NCBI RefSeq assembly: GCF_009914755.1 | Contig: NC_060940.1 | Reading direction: 5' to 3' (one strand) | From: the human T2T-CHM13v2.0 reference genome, Homo sapiens | Length of the DNA stretch: 64,000 bases | Part shown: piece after piece, positions 27,162-41,700 of the stretch | Position numbering within the stretch: the first letter of the stretch is position 1 | How the letters are laid out: every line of letters starts with the position of its first letter | Translations under genes and position numbers: made by a program | The notes under the pieces: generated by a model | The model's input: the letters and a program-made list of their open reading frames with translations, nothing else | Told to the model about the DNA's origin: nothing | The model's database searches: none

Positions 27162-30100
27162 TCATTTGATGATGATTCCTTTCAAGTTCATTAGATGATT
27201 CCATTCGATTCCATTTGATGATGATCCCATTCGAGTCCATTCAGTGATTCCACTCGTTTCCATTCCATGGTGATTCCATTCCATTCCATTCAATGATTCC
27301 ATTCGATTCCGTTTGATGATGATTTCATTCGAGTCCATTTGATGATTCCATTTGATTCCATTCGATGATGATTCCATTCGAGTCCATTCGATGATTCTAT
27401 TCGAATCCATTTGATGATTTCTTTTGATTATAGTTGGTGATGATTCCATTGGAGTCCATTCAATGATTCCATTCGATTCCAATCGATGGTGATTCCATTA
27501 GAGTCCATTTAACGATTCCATTTGATTCCAGTCTCTGATGATTACATTCGAGTCCATACGACGATTCCACTCAATTCCATATGATGATGATTCCATTCGA
27601 TTCCATTCGATGATTCCATTCTATTCTATTCAATGGTGATTCCGTTCGAGTACATTAGATGATTCCATTCGATTCCATTCAATGATGATTCTATTTGTGT
27701 CCCTTAGATGATTCCACATGATTCCATTAGATGATGATACTATTTGAGCCCATCCAATGATTCCCTTCGATTCCATTCGATGAGGATTCCATTCGATTCA
27801 ATTCATTGGTGATTCTATTCAATTCAATTCTTTGATTCCATTCCATTCCATTCGACAATGATTCCATTCGATTTCTTTCGATGATTCCACTCGATTCCAC
27901 TTGACATTGATTCCCTTCGATTCCATTCAATGATTCCATTTGATTCCAGTGGATGATGATTGCCATCGATTCCATTCGATCACTCCATTCTATTCCATTT
28001 GATGATGATTACATTCGATTCCATTTGACGATTCCATCTGATTCTATTCGAGGATTCCATTTGATTCCATTCGATGATGATTCCATTCGAGTCCATTCGA
28101 TGATTTCATTCGAGTACATCCAATGATTCCATTCGAGTCCATTTGATGATTCCATTTGATTCCATTTGATAATGATTCTACTAGAGTCCATTCAATGACT
28201 CCATTCGAGTCCATTCAACAATTCCATTCGACTCCATTTGATGATTCCATTCGATTCCATTTGATGATTCCATTCGAGTCCATTTAATCATTACAGTCGA
28301 GTCCATTTGGTGATTCCACCGGATTTCTTTTGATAATGATACCATTCAATTACATTTGATGATGATCCCATTCAATTTCATTTGATGGTGATTCCATTAG
28401 AGTCCATTCGATGATTTCATTCGAGTCCCTTCATTGATTCCATCCGATTTCATTGGATGATGACTCCATTCGAGTCCATTCGATGATTCCACTCGATTCC
28501 ATTAGATGATTCCATTGGAGTCCATTTGATTGTTCCATTCGATTCCATTCGATTCCTTTCGAAGATTATTCCATTTGAGTCCATTCGATGATGATTCCAT
28601 TCCATTCCATTCGATGATTCCGTTTGATTCCATTCGATGATTCCCTTCGATTCCTTTCTTTGATGATTCCATTCCATTCCATTCAATGATTCCATTCGAA
28701 TCTATTCCATGATGATTCCTTTCGATTCTATTCGCTGATGTTTCCTTTCAATTCCATTCGATGATGATTCCATTCGATTCCATTCATTGAGGATTCCATT
28801 TGATTCCATTCAATGATGATTCCGTTCTATTCCATTCAATGATTGCATTCAATTCCATTCAATGATTATCCCATTAGAGTAAACTCAACGATTCCATTCA
28901 ATACCATTCGATGATGATTCCTTTTGTGTCCATTCAATGATTTCATTCAAGTCCATTTGATGATTCCTTTCAATTCCATTCTATGATGATTCCATTCGAG
29001 TCCATTCGATGATTCCATTCGATTGCATTCGATGATTCCATTATATTCCAGTCAACGATGATTCCATTCGAGTCCATTCGATGATTCCATTAGAGTACAG
29101 TTAATGATTGCTTTGTTTTCAATTCGAAGATGATTACATTGGATTCCATTCTATGATACCATTCGATTCCATTCAATGATGATTCCACTCAAATCCATTG
29201 GATGATTCCATTCGTGTCCATTCGGTGATTTCATTAGATTCCATTCGAGGATGATTCCATTCGATTCCATTCGATGATTCCATTCAATTCCATTCGATGA
29301 TGATTCCATTCCAGTCCATATGATCATTCCATTTGATTTCATTCGATGATGATTCCATTCGATTCCATTCGATGATTCCATTCTATTCCATTCGATGATG
29401 ATTCCATTCGAGTCCATTCGATGATTCCATTCGAGTCCATTTAATGATTCCATTGGGTTCAATTCAATGATGATTACATTGGATTCCGTTCTATGATTCC
29501 ATTCAATTCCGTTCATTGACAATTTGATTCCATTCGATGATGATTCCATTTGAGTTCATTCGATGATTCTATTCGATTCTCTTCGATGGTGATTCAATTC
29601 TATTATATTGGATGATTCCATTCGATTCCATTTGATGTTGATTCAATTCGATTCTATTCGATGATGATTCCATTGGATTTCACTTGATGATTCTATTCGA
29701 TTCCATTCAATGATGATTCACTTCTCGTCCATTGGATGATTCCATTTCATTCCATTCGATGATGATTCCATTCGATTCCATTCGATGATTCCATTTGATT
29801 CCATGCGACGGTGAGCAATTCGATTCAATTCCATGATGATTCTATTTGATTCAATTAGATGATGTTTCCATTCGAATCCATTCCATGATTATTCCATTGG
29901 AATCCATTTGGCGATGATTCCATATGAGTCAATTCAATGATGATTCCATATGGGTCCGTTCGATGATAATTCCATTTGATTTCATTCAATGCTTCTAATC
30001 TATTCCAGTCGATGATGATTCCGTTGGAGTCCATACGATGATTCCATTTGATTTCATTTGATGATGATTCCATTCGATGATGATTACATTGGATTCCATT

Positions 30101-32703
30101 CTATGATTCCATTCAATTCCATTCGTTGATGATTCGATTCCATTCAATGATGATTCCATTTGAGTTCATTCGATGATTCTATTCGATTCCGTTCGATGGT
30201 GATTCAATTCTATTATACTGGATGATTCCACTCGATTCCATTTGATGATTATTCCATTGGAGTCCACTTAGTGAATCCTTTAGATTCTACTCGAAGATGA
30301 TTCCATTCGAGTCCATTCAATGATACCATTCAATTTCATTCGTTGATGCTTCCATTCAAGTGCATTCAATGATATCATTCGATTCCATTTGATGATAATT
30401 CCATTTGATTCCATGCGATGATTCTATTCGATTCCATTCAATGATAATTCCATTCAATTCAGTGATTCCTCTGGACTCCATTTGATGATGATTCCATTCA
30501 ATGATTCCATTCGATTCTATTCCAAAATGATTCCATTTGAATCCATTTGATGATGATTCCATTAGATTCCATTTGATGATTCCATTCGATTGCATTTGAC
30601 TATGATTCCATTCGATTCCATTTGATGATTCCATTCTATTCTATTCGATGATGATTCCATTCGATTCCATTTGATGATGATTGGATTCGATTCCATTTGA
30701 TGATTTCATTTGATTCCATTCGTTAATGATTTCGATCAACTCCATTCGATGATTCCATTTGATTCCATTCGATAATGATTACATCCGAGTCCATTCGATG
30801 ATTCCATTTGAGCCCATTCGATAATTCCATTTGAGTCCAATCAATGATTCCATTCATTTCCATTCAATGATTCCATTCGAGTCCATTTGATCATTCTGGT
30901 AGGGTCCGTTCGATGTTGATTCCATTGGAGTGCATTCGATGATTCCATTCGAGTCCATTTTATGATTTTATTCGAGTCCTTTCGATGATTCCATTCGATT
31001 CCACTCGATGATGATTTCATTCGAGTCCATTCGACACTTCCAATCGATTCCATTTGATGTTTCCATTCGAGTCCAATTGATGATTCCATTCAATTCCATT
31101 CGATGATGATTCCGTACGATTCCATTCTGTGATGATTCCATGTGATTGCATTCAATGATGATTCCTTTCGATTGCATTCGATTATGATTCATTTCGTGTT
31201 CATTCTATGGTTCCACAGGTTTCCATTCGTGTCCATTCCATTATTCCATTCTATTCCATTTGATGATGATTCCATTCGATTCCATTCATTGGTGATTCCA
31301 CTCAATTCCATTCAATGATTCCATTCCATTTCTTTCAACAATGATTCCATTAGTTTCTAATCGATGATCCACTTGATTCCATTTGACGACGATTCCATTC
31401 TTGTCCATTCGATGATTCCATTTGATTCCATATGATGATGATTCCATTCGATTCCATACGATGAGGATTCCATTCGAGTCCATTCAATGGTGATTCCATT
31501 CAATTCCATTCGATGATTCCTTTCGATTCCATTCAATGATGATGGCATTCGATTCCTTTCAATCATTCCCTTTGATTCCATTCAAAGGTGATTTCATTCA
31601 AGTCCATTCGATAATTGCATTCGATTCCATTCTATGATGATTCCATTCGAGTCCATTTGATGATTCCATTCAATTCATGTCAATGATGATTCCATTCGAT
31701 TCCATTCGATGATTCCATTGGATTCCATTCGATGATGATTCCATTCAAATCCATTCGATAATTCAATTCAAGTCCATTCGATGATGATTAAAATCGAATC
31801 CATTCAAAGATTCCATTCAGTTCCATTCGATGATTCCCTTAGATTCCATTCGATGATTCCACTTGATTCCATTTACGATGATTCCATTCGATTCCATGTG
31901 ATGATTCCATTCAATTCTATTCAATGCTGTTTCCATTTGATTCCATTCGACCATGATTGCCTTTGATTCCATTCAATGACTCCATTCGGTTCCTTTTGAT
32001 GATGATTCCGTTCGATTCCATTTGATGATTCCATTTGATTCCATTGGATGAGTCCATTCGATTACATTCGATGATTATTCCATTCGAGTGCATTAGATGA
32101 TTCCATTCGAGTCCATTCGATGATTCCATTCGATTCCATTCGATGTTGATTCTGTTCAAATCCATTCGATGATTCCACTCGATTCCATTCGATGACTCCA
32201 GTTGATCCCATTCGATGATTTCCTTTGATTCCCTTTGATGATCATTCCATTTGATTCAATTCGGTGATTTCATTTGATTCCATTCAGTGATGTTTCCATT
32301 CGACTCCATTCGATGATGATTCCATTCGACTCCATTCGATTATGATTTCATTCAATTCCATTCGATAATGATTCCCTTCGAGTCCATTCGATGATTCCAT
32401 TCGATTCCATTCAACGATGATTTGATTCGTGTCCATTCGATGATTCCATTTGATTCCACTTGTTGATGATTCCATTCGAGTCCATTTGATGATTCCATTC
32501 AATTCCATTCTCCGATGATTTCTTTTGAGACCATTGAATGCTTCCACTCGATTCCATATGATGATGACTCCATTCGATGAAATTCGATGATGATTCCCTT
32601 TGATTCCATTCCAAGATGATTCCATTCTAGCCCATTCAATCATTCCATTCGATTCTATTCAATGATGATTCCATTCATGTCGATTTTGTGATTCCATTTG
32701 ACT
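27162..32703 (+). repeat. Unit 5, 5,542 bp (570-bp deletion)
   Basis: Offsets are canonical up to 32284, then a junction at 32582-32597 skips the equivalent of 6424-6993. Confidence 0.9.
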
Positions 32704-35700
32704 TCATTTGATGATGATTCCTTTCAAGTTCATTAGATGTTTCCATTCGATTCCGTTTGATGATGATCCCATTCGAGTCCATTCAGTGATTCCACTCGTT
32801 TCCATTCCATGATGATTCCATTCCATTCCATTCAATGATTCCATTCGATTCCGTTTGATGATGATTTCATTCGAGTCCATTTGATGATTCCATTTGATTC
32901 CATTCGATGATGATTCCATTCGAGTCCATTCGATGATTCTATTCGAATCCATTTGATGATTTCTTTTGATTATAGTTGGTGATGATTCCATTGGAGTCCA
33001 TTCAATGATTCCATTCGATTCCAATCGATGGTGATTCCATTAGAGTCCATTTAATGATTCCATTTGATTCCAGTCTCTGATGATTACATTCGAGTCCATA
33101 CGATGATTCCACTCAATTCCATATGATGATGATTCCATTCGATTCCATTCGATGATTCCATTCTATTCTATTCAATGGTGATTCCATTCGAGTACATTAG
33201 ATGATTACATTCGATTCCATTCAATGATGATTCTATTTGTGTCCCTTAGATGATTCCACATGATTCCATTAGATGATGATACTATTTGAGCCCATCCAAT
33301 GATTCCCTTCGATTCCATTCGATGAGGATTCCATTCGATTCAATTCATTGGTGATTCTATTCAATTCAATTCTTTGATTCCATTCCATTCCATTCGACAA
33401 TGATTCCATTCGATTTCTTTCGATGATTCCACTCGATTCCACTTGACATTGATTCCCTTCGATTCCATTCAATGATTCCATTTGATTCCAGTGGATGATG
33501 ATTGCCATCGATTCCATTCGATCACTCCATTCTATTCCATTTGATGATGATTACATTCGATTCCATTTGACGATTCCATCTGATTCTATTCGAGGATTCC
33601 ATTTGATTCCATTCGATGATGATTCCATTCGAGTCCATTCGATGATTTCATTCGAGTACATCCAATGATTCCATTCGAGTCCATTTGATGATTCCATTTG
33701 ATTCCATTTGATAATGATTCTACTAGAGTCCATTCAATGACTCCATTCGAGTCCATTCAACAATTCCATTCGACTCCATTCGATGATTCCATTCGATTCC
33801 ATTTGATGATTCCATTCGAGTCCATTTAATCATTACAGTCGAGTCCATTTGGTGATTCCGCTGGATTTCCTTTGATAATGATATCATTCAATTACATTTG
33901 ATGATGATCCCATTCAATTTCATTTGATGATGATTCCATTAGAGTCCATTCGATGATTTTATTCGAGTCCCTTCATTGATTCCATCCGATTTCATTGGAT
34001 GATGACTCCATTCGAGTCCATTCGATGATTCCACTTGATTCCATTAGATGATTCCATTGGAGTCCATTTGATTGTTCCATTCGATTCCATTCGATTCCTT
34101 TCGAAGATTATTCCATTTGAGTCCATTCGATGATGATTCCATTCCATTCCATTCGATGATTCCGTTTGATTCCATTCGATGATTCCCTTCGATTCCTTTC
34201 TTTGATGATTCCATTCCATTCCATTCAATGATTCCATTCGAATCTATTCCATGATGATTCCTTTCGATTCCATTCGCTGATGTTTCCGTTCAATTCCATT
34301 CGATGATGATTCCATTCGATTCCATTCATTGAGGATTCCATTTGATTCCATTCAATGATGATTCCATTCTATTCCATTCAATGATTGCATTCAATTCCAT
34401 TCAATGATTATCCCATTAGAGTAAACTCAACGATTCCATTCAATACCATTCGATGATGATTCCTTTTGAGTCCATTCAATGATTTCATTCAAGTCCATTT
34501 GATGATTCCTTTCAATTCCATTCTATGATGATTCCATTCGAGTCCATTCGATGATTCCATTCGATTGCATTCGATGATTCCATTATATTCCATTCAACGA
34601 AGATTCCATTCGAGTCCATTCGATGATTCCATTAGAGTACATTTAATGATTGCTTTGTTTTCAATTCGAAGGTGATTACATTCGATTCCATTCTATGATA
34701 CCATTCGATTCCATTCAATGATGACTCCACTCAAATCCATTGGATGATTCCATTCGTGTCCATTCGGTGATTTCATTAGATTCCATTCGAGGATGATTCC
34801 ATTCGATTCCATTCGATGATTCCATTCAATTCCATTCGATGATGATTCCATTCGAGTCCATATGATCATTCCATTTGATTTCATTCGATGATGATTCTAT
34901 TCGATTCCATTCGACGATTCCATTCTATTCCATTCGATGATGATTCCATTCGAGTCCATTCGATGATTCCATTCGAGTCCATTTAATGATTCCATTGGGT
35001 TCAATTCAATGATGATTACATTGGATTCCGTTCTATGATTCCATTCAATTCCGTTCATTGACAATTTGATTCCATTCGATGATGATTCCATTTGAGTTCA
35101 TTCGATGATTCTATTCGATTCTCTTCGATGGTGATTCAATTCTATTATATTGGATGATTCCATTCGATTCCATTTGATGTTGATTCAATTCGATTCTATT
35201 CGATGATGATTCCATTGGATTTCACTTGATGATTCTATTCGATTCCATTCAATGATGATTCACTTCTCGTCCATTGGATGATTCCATTTCATTCCATTCG
35301 ATGATGATTCCATTCGATTCCATTCGATGATTCCATTTGATTCCATGCGACGGTGAGCAATTCGATTCAATTCCATGATGATTCTATTTGATTCAATTAG
35401 ATGATGTTTCCATTCGAATCCATTCCATGATTATTCCATTGGAATCCATTCGGCGATGATTCCATATGAGTCAATTCAATGATGATTCCATATGGGTCCG
35501 TTCGATGATAATTCCATTTGATTTCATTCGATGCTTCTATTCAATTCCAGTCGATGATGATTCCGTTGGAGTCCATACGATGATTCCATTTGATTTCATT
35601 TGATGACGATTCCATTCGATGACGATTACATTGGATTCCATTCTATGATTCCATTCAATTCCATTCGTTGATGATTCGATTCCATTCAATGATGATTCCA

Positions 35701-38700
35701 TTTGAGTTCATTCGGTGATTCTATTCGATTCCATTCTATGGTGATTCAATTCTCTTATATTGGATGATTCGACTCGATTCCATTTGATGATTATTCCATT
35801 GGAGTCCACTTAGTGAATCCTTTAGATTCTACTCGACGATGATTCCATTCGAGTCCATTCGATGATACCATTCAATTCCATTCGTTGATGCTTCCATTCA
35901 AGTGCATTCGATGATATCATTCGATTCCATTTGAGGATAATTCCATTTGATTCCATGCGATGATTCTATTCGATTCCATTCAATGATAATTCCATTCAAT
36001 TCAGTGATTCCTCTGGACTCCATTTGATGATGATTCCATTCAATGATTCCATTCGATTCTATTCGAAAATGATTACATTTGAATCCATTTGATGACGATT
36101 CCATTCCATTCCATTTGATGATTCCATACTATTCTATTCGATGATGATTCCATTCGATTCCATTCGATGATGATTGGATTCTATTCCATTTGATGATTTC
36201 ATTTGATTCCATTCGTTAATGATTTCGATCAATTCCATTCGATGATTCCATTCGATTCCATTCGATAATGATTACATCCGAGTCCATTCGATGATTCCAT
36301 TTGAGCCTGTTCGATAATTCCATTTGAGTCCAACCAATGATTCCATTCATTTCCATTCAATGATTCCATTCGAGTCCATTTGATCATTCCGGTAGGGTCC
36401 ATTCGATGTTGATTCCATTGGAGTGCATTCGATGATTCCATTCGAGTCCATTTTAGGATTTGATTCGAGTCCTTTCGATGATTCCATTCGATTCCACTCG
36501 ATGATGATTTCATTCGAGTCCATTCGACACTTCCAATCGATTCCATTTGATGATTCCATTCGAGTCCAATTGATGATTCCATTCAATTCCATTCGATGAT
36601 GATTCCGTACGATTCCATTCTGTGATGATTCCATGTGATTGCATTCAATGATGATTCCTTTCGATTGCATTCGATTATGATTCATTTCGTGTTCATTCTA
36701 TGGTTCCACAGGTTTCCATTCGTGTCCATTCCATTATTCCATTCTATTCCATTTGATGATGATTCCATTCGATTCCATTCATTGGTGATTCCACTCAATT
36801 CCATTCAATGATTCCATTCCATTTCTTTCAACAATGATTCCATTAGTTTCTAATCGATGATCCACTTGATTCCATTTGACGACGATTCCATTCTTGTCCA
36901 TTCGATGATTCCATTTGATTCCATATGATGATGATTCCATTCGATTCCATACCATGATGATTCCATTCGAGTCCATTCAATGGTGATTCCATTCAATTCC
37001 ATTCGATGATTCCTTTCGATTCCATTCGATGATGATGGCATTCGATTCCTTTCAATCATTCCCTTTGATTCCATTCAAAGGTGATTTCATTCAAGTCCAT
37101 TCGATAATTGCATTCGATTCCATTCTATGATGATTCCATTCGAGTCCATTTGATGATTCCATTCAATTCAAGTCAATGATGATTCCATTCGATTCCATTC
37201 GATGATTCCATTGGATTCCATTCGATGATGATTCCATTCAAATCCATTCGATAATTCAATTCAAGTCCATTCGATGATGATTCCAATCGAATCCATTCAA
37301 AGATTCCATTCAGTTCCATTCGATGATTCCCTTGGATTCCATTCGATGATTCCACTTGATTGCATTTACGATGATTCCATTCGATTCCATGTGATGATTC
37401 CATTCAATTCTATTCAATGATGTCTCCATTTGATTCCATTCGACCATGATTGCCTTTGATTCCATTCAATGATTCCATTCGGTTCCGTTTGATGATGATT
37501 CCGTTCGATTCCATTTGATGATTCCATTTGATTCCATTGGATGAGTCCATTCGATTACATTCGATGATTATTCCATTCGAGTGCATTAGATGATTCCATT
37601 CGAGTCCATTCGATGATTCCATTCGATTCCATTCGATGTTGATTCTGTTCAAATCCATTCGATGATTCCACTCGATTCCATTCGTTGACTCCATTTGATC
37701 CCATTCGATGATTTCCTTTGATTCCCTTTGATGATCATTCCATTTGATTCAATTCGGTGATTTCATTTGATTCCATTCAGTGATGTTTCCATTCGACTCC
37801 ATTCGATGATGATTCCATTCGACTCCATTCGATTATGATTTCATTCAATTCCATTCGATAATGATTCCCTTCGAGTCCATTCGATGATTCCATTCGATTC
37901 CATTCAACGATGATTTGATTCGTGTCCATTCGATGATTCCATTTGATTCCACTTGATGATGATTCCATTCGAGTCCATTTGATGATTCCATTCAATTCCA
38001 TACTCCGATGATTTCTTTTGAGCCCACTCAATGCTTCCACTCGATTCCATATGATGATGACTCCATTCGATGAAATTCGATGATGATTCCATTCGCTTGC
38101 TTTCGATGATGATTCCACTTGAGTCCGTTAGAAGATTCTATTCAATTACATTCCAGGACGATTCCGTTCGAGTCCATTTGATGATTCCATTAGACTCCAT
38201 TCGACGATGATTCCATTCGATGTTATTCGATGATTCCATTCGATCTCATTCGATGATGATTCCATTCAACTCCATTCGATGTTTCCATTCGAGTTCATTC
38301 TATTATTCCATTAGATTCCATTCGATGATGATTCCATTCGATTCCATTTGATGATTGCATTCTATTTCATTTGATGATGATTCCATTCGAGTCCACTCGA
38401 TGATTCCATTCGAGTCCATTTAATGAATCCATTGGTTTCAATTCTATGATGATTACATTGGATTCCATTCGTTGATGATTTCATTCAGTTCCATTCAATG
38501 ATGATTCCATTCAATTCCTTTCAATGTTTCCATTCAATTCCATAGGATGATGATTCCATTTGATTTGATTCGACAGTGAGCCATTCGATTCAATTTCATG
38601 ATGATTCTATTTATTCAATTGGTTGACATTTCCATTCGATTCCATTCGATGATGATTCCCTTTGATTCCATTCAAAGATGATTCCATTCTAGCCCATTCA

Positions 38701-38765
38701 ATCATTCCATTCGATTCTATTCAATGATGATTCCATTCATGTCGATTTGGTGATTCCATTTGACT
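32704..38765 (+). repeat. Unit 6, 6,062 bp (deletions of 49 and 1 bp)
   Basis: Offsets shift by -49 at ~36105-36125 and by -1 at ~38612 ('tctatttattcaatt'). Confidence 0.88.
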
Positions 38766-41700
38766 TCATTTGATGATGATTCCTTTCAAGTTCATTAGAT
38801 GATTCCATTCGATTCCATTTGATGATGATCCCATTCGAGTCCATTCAGTGATTCCATTCGTTTCCATTCCATGATGATTCCATTCCTTTCCATTCAATGA
38901 TTCCATTCGATTCCGTTTGATGATGATTTCATTCGAGTCCATTTGATGATTCCATTTGATTCCATTCGATGGTGATTCCATTCGAGTCCATTCGATGATT
39001 CTATTCGAATCCATTTGATGATTTCTTTTGATTATATTTGGTGATGATTCCATTGGAGTCCATTCAATGATTCCATTCTATTCCAATCGATGATGATTCC
39101 ATTAGAGTCCATTTAATGATTCCATTTGATTCCAGTCTCTGATGATTACATTCGAGTCCATACGATGATTCCACTCAATTCCATATGATGATGATTCCAT
39201 TTGATTCCATTCGGTGATTCCATTCTATTCTATTCAATGGTGATTCCATTCGAGTACATTAGATGATTCCATTCGATTCCATTCAATGATGATTCTATTT
39301 GTGTCCCTTAGATGATTCCACATGATTCCATTACATGATGATACTATTTGAGCCCATCCAATGATTCCCTTCGATTCCATTCGATGAGGATTCCATTCGA
39401 TTCAATTCATTGGTGATTCTATTCAATTCAATTCTTTGATTCCATTCCATTCCATTCGACAATGATTCCATTCGATTTCTTTCGATGATTCCACTCGATT
39501 CCACTTGACATTGATTCCATTCGATTCCATTCAATGATTCCATTTGATTCCAGTGGATGATGATTGCCATCGATTCCATTCGATCACTCCATTCTATTCC
39601 ATTTGATGATGATTACATTCGATTCCATTCGATGATTCCATCTGATTCTATTCGAGGATTCCATTTGATTCCATTCGATGATGATTCCATTCGAGTCCAT
39701 TCGATGATTTCATTCGAGTACATCCAATGATTCCATTCGAGTCCATTTGATGATTCCATTTGATTCCATTTGATAATGATTCTACTAGAGTCCATTCAAT
39801 GACTCCATTCGAGTCCATTCAACAATTCCATTCGACTCCATTCGATGATTCCATTCGATTCCATTTGATGATTCCATTCGAGTCCATTTAATCATTACAG
39901 TCGAGTCCATTTGGTGATTCCGCTGGATTTCCTTTGATAATGATATCATTCAATTACATTTGATGATGATCCCATTCAATTTCATTTGATGATGATTCCA
40001 TTAGAGTCCATTCGATGATTTTATTCGAGTCCCTTCATTGATTCCATCCGATTTCATTGGATGATGACTCCATTCGAGTCCATTCGATGATTCCACTTGA
40101 TTCCATTAGATGATTCCATTGGAGTCCATTTGATTGTTCCATTCGATTCCATTCGATTCCTTTCGAAGATTATTCCATTTGAGTCCATTCGATGATGATT
40201 CCATTCCATTCCATTCGATGATTCCGTTTGATTCCATTCGATGATTCCCTTCGATTCCTTTCTTTGATGATTCCATTCCATTCCATTCAATGATTCCATT
40301 CGAATCTATTCCATGATGATTCCTTTCGATTCCATTCGCTGATGTTTCCGTTCAATTCCATTCGATGATGATTCCATTCGATTCCATTCATTGAGGATTC
40401 CATTTGATTCCATTCAATGATGATTCCATTCTATTCCATTCAATGATTGCATTCAATTCCATTCAATGATTATCCCCTTAGAGTAAACTCAACGATTCCA
40501 TTCAATACCATTCGATGATGATTCCTTTTGAGTCCATTCAATGATTTCATTCAAGTCCATTTGATGATTCCTTTCAATTCCATTCTATGATGATTCCATT
40601 CGAGTCCATTCGATGATTCCATTCGATTGCATTCGATGATTCCATTATATTCCATTCAACGGTGATTCCATTCGAGTCCATTCCATGATTCCATTAGAGT
40701 ACATTTAATGATTGCTTTGTTTTCAATTCGAAGATGATTACATTGGATTCCATTCTATGATACCATTCGATTCCATTCAATGATGATTCCACTCAAATCC
40801 ATTGGATGATTCCATTCGTGTCCATTCGGTGATTTCATTAGATTCCATTCGAGGATGATTCCATTCGATTCCATTCGATGATTCCATTCAATTCCATTCG
40901 ATGATGATTCCATTCCAGTCCATATGATCATTCCATTTGATTTCATTCGATGATGATTCCATTCGATTCCTTTCGACGATTCCATTCTATTCCATTCGAT
41001 GATGATTCCATTCGAGTCCATTCGATGATTCCATTCGAGTCCATTTAATGATTCCATTGGGTTCAATTCAATGATGATTACATTGGATTCCGTTCTATGA
41101 TTCCATTCAATTCCGTTCATTGACAGTTTGATTCCATTCGATGATGATTCCATTTGAGTTCATTCGATGATTCTATTCGATTCTCTTCGATGGTGATTCA
41201 ATTCTATTATATTGGATGATTCCATTCGATTCCATTTGATGTTGATTCAATTCGATTCTATTCGATGATGATTCCATTGGATTTCACTTGATGATTCTAT
41301 TCGATTCCATTCAATGATGATTCACTTCTCGTCCATTGGATGATTCCATTTCATTCCATTCGATGATGATTCCATTCGATTCCATTCGATGATTCCATTT
41401 GATTCCATGCGACGGTGAGCAATTCGATTCAATTCCATGATGATTCTATTTGATTCAATTAGATGATGTTTCCATTCGAATCCATTCCATGATTATTCCA
41501 TTGGAATCCATTCGGCGATGATTCCATATGAGTCAATTCAATGATGATTCCATATGGGTCCGTTCGATGATAATTCCATTTGATTTCATTCGATGCTTCT
41601 ATTCTATTCCAGTCGATGATGATTCCGTTGGAGTCCATACGATGATTCCATTTGATTTCATTTGATGATGATTCCATTCGATGACGATTACATTGGATTC

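Noticed and set aside
11072-31966. Four plus-strand ORFs (11072, 11698, 25669, 31781)
   Set aside because: They arise from chance loss of TGA stops in variant units and give low-complexity FHSIPFDD-like peptides with no coding evidence.
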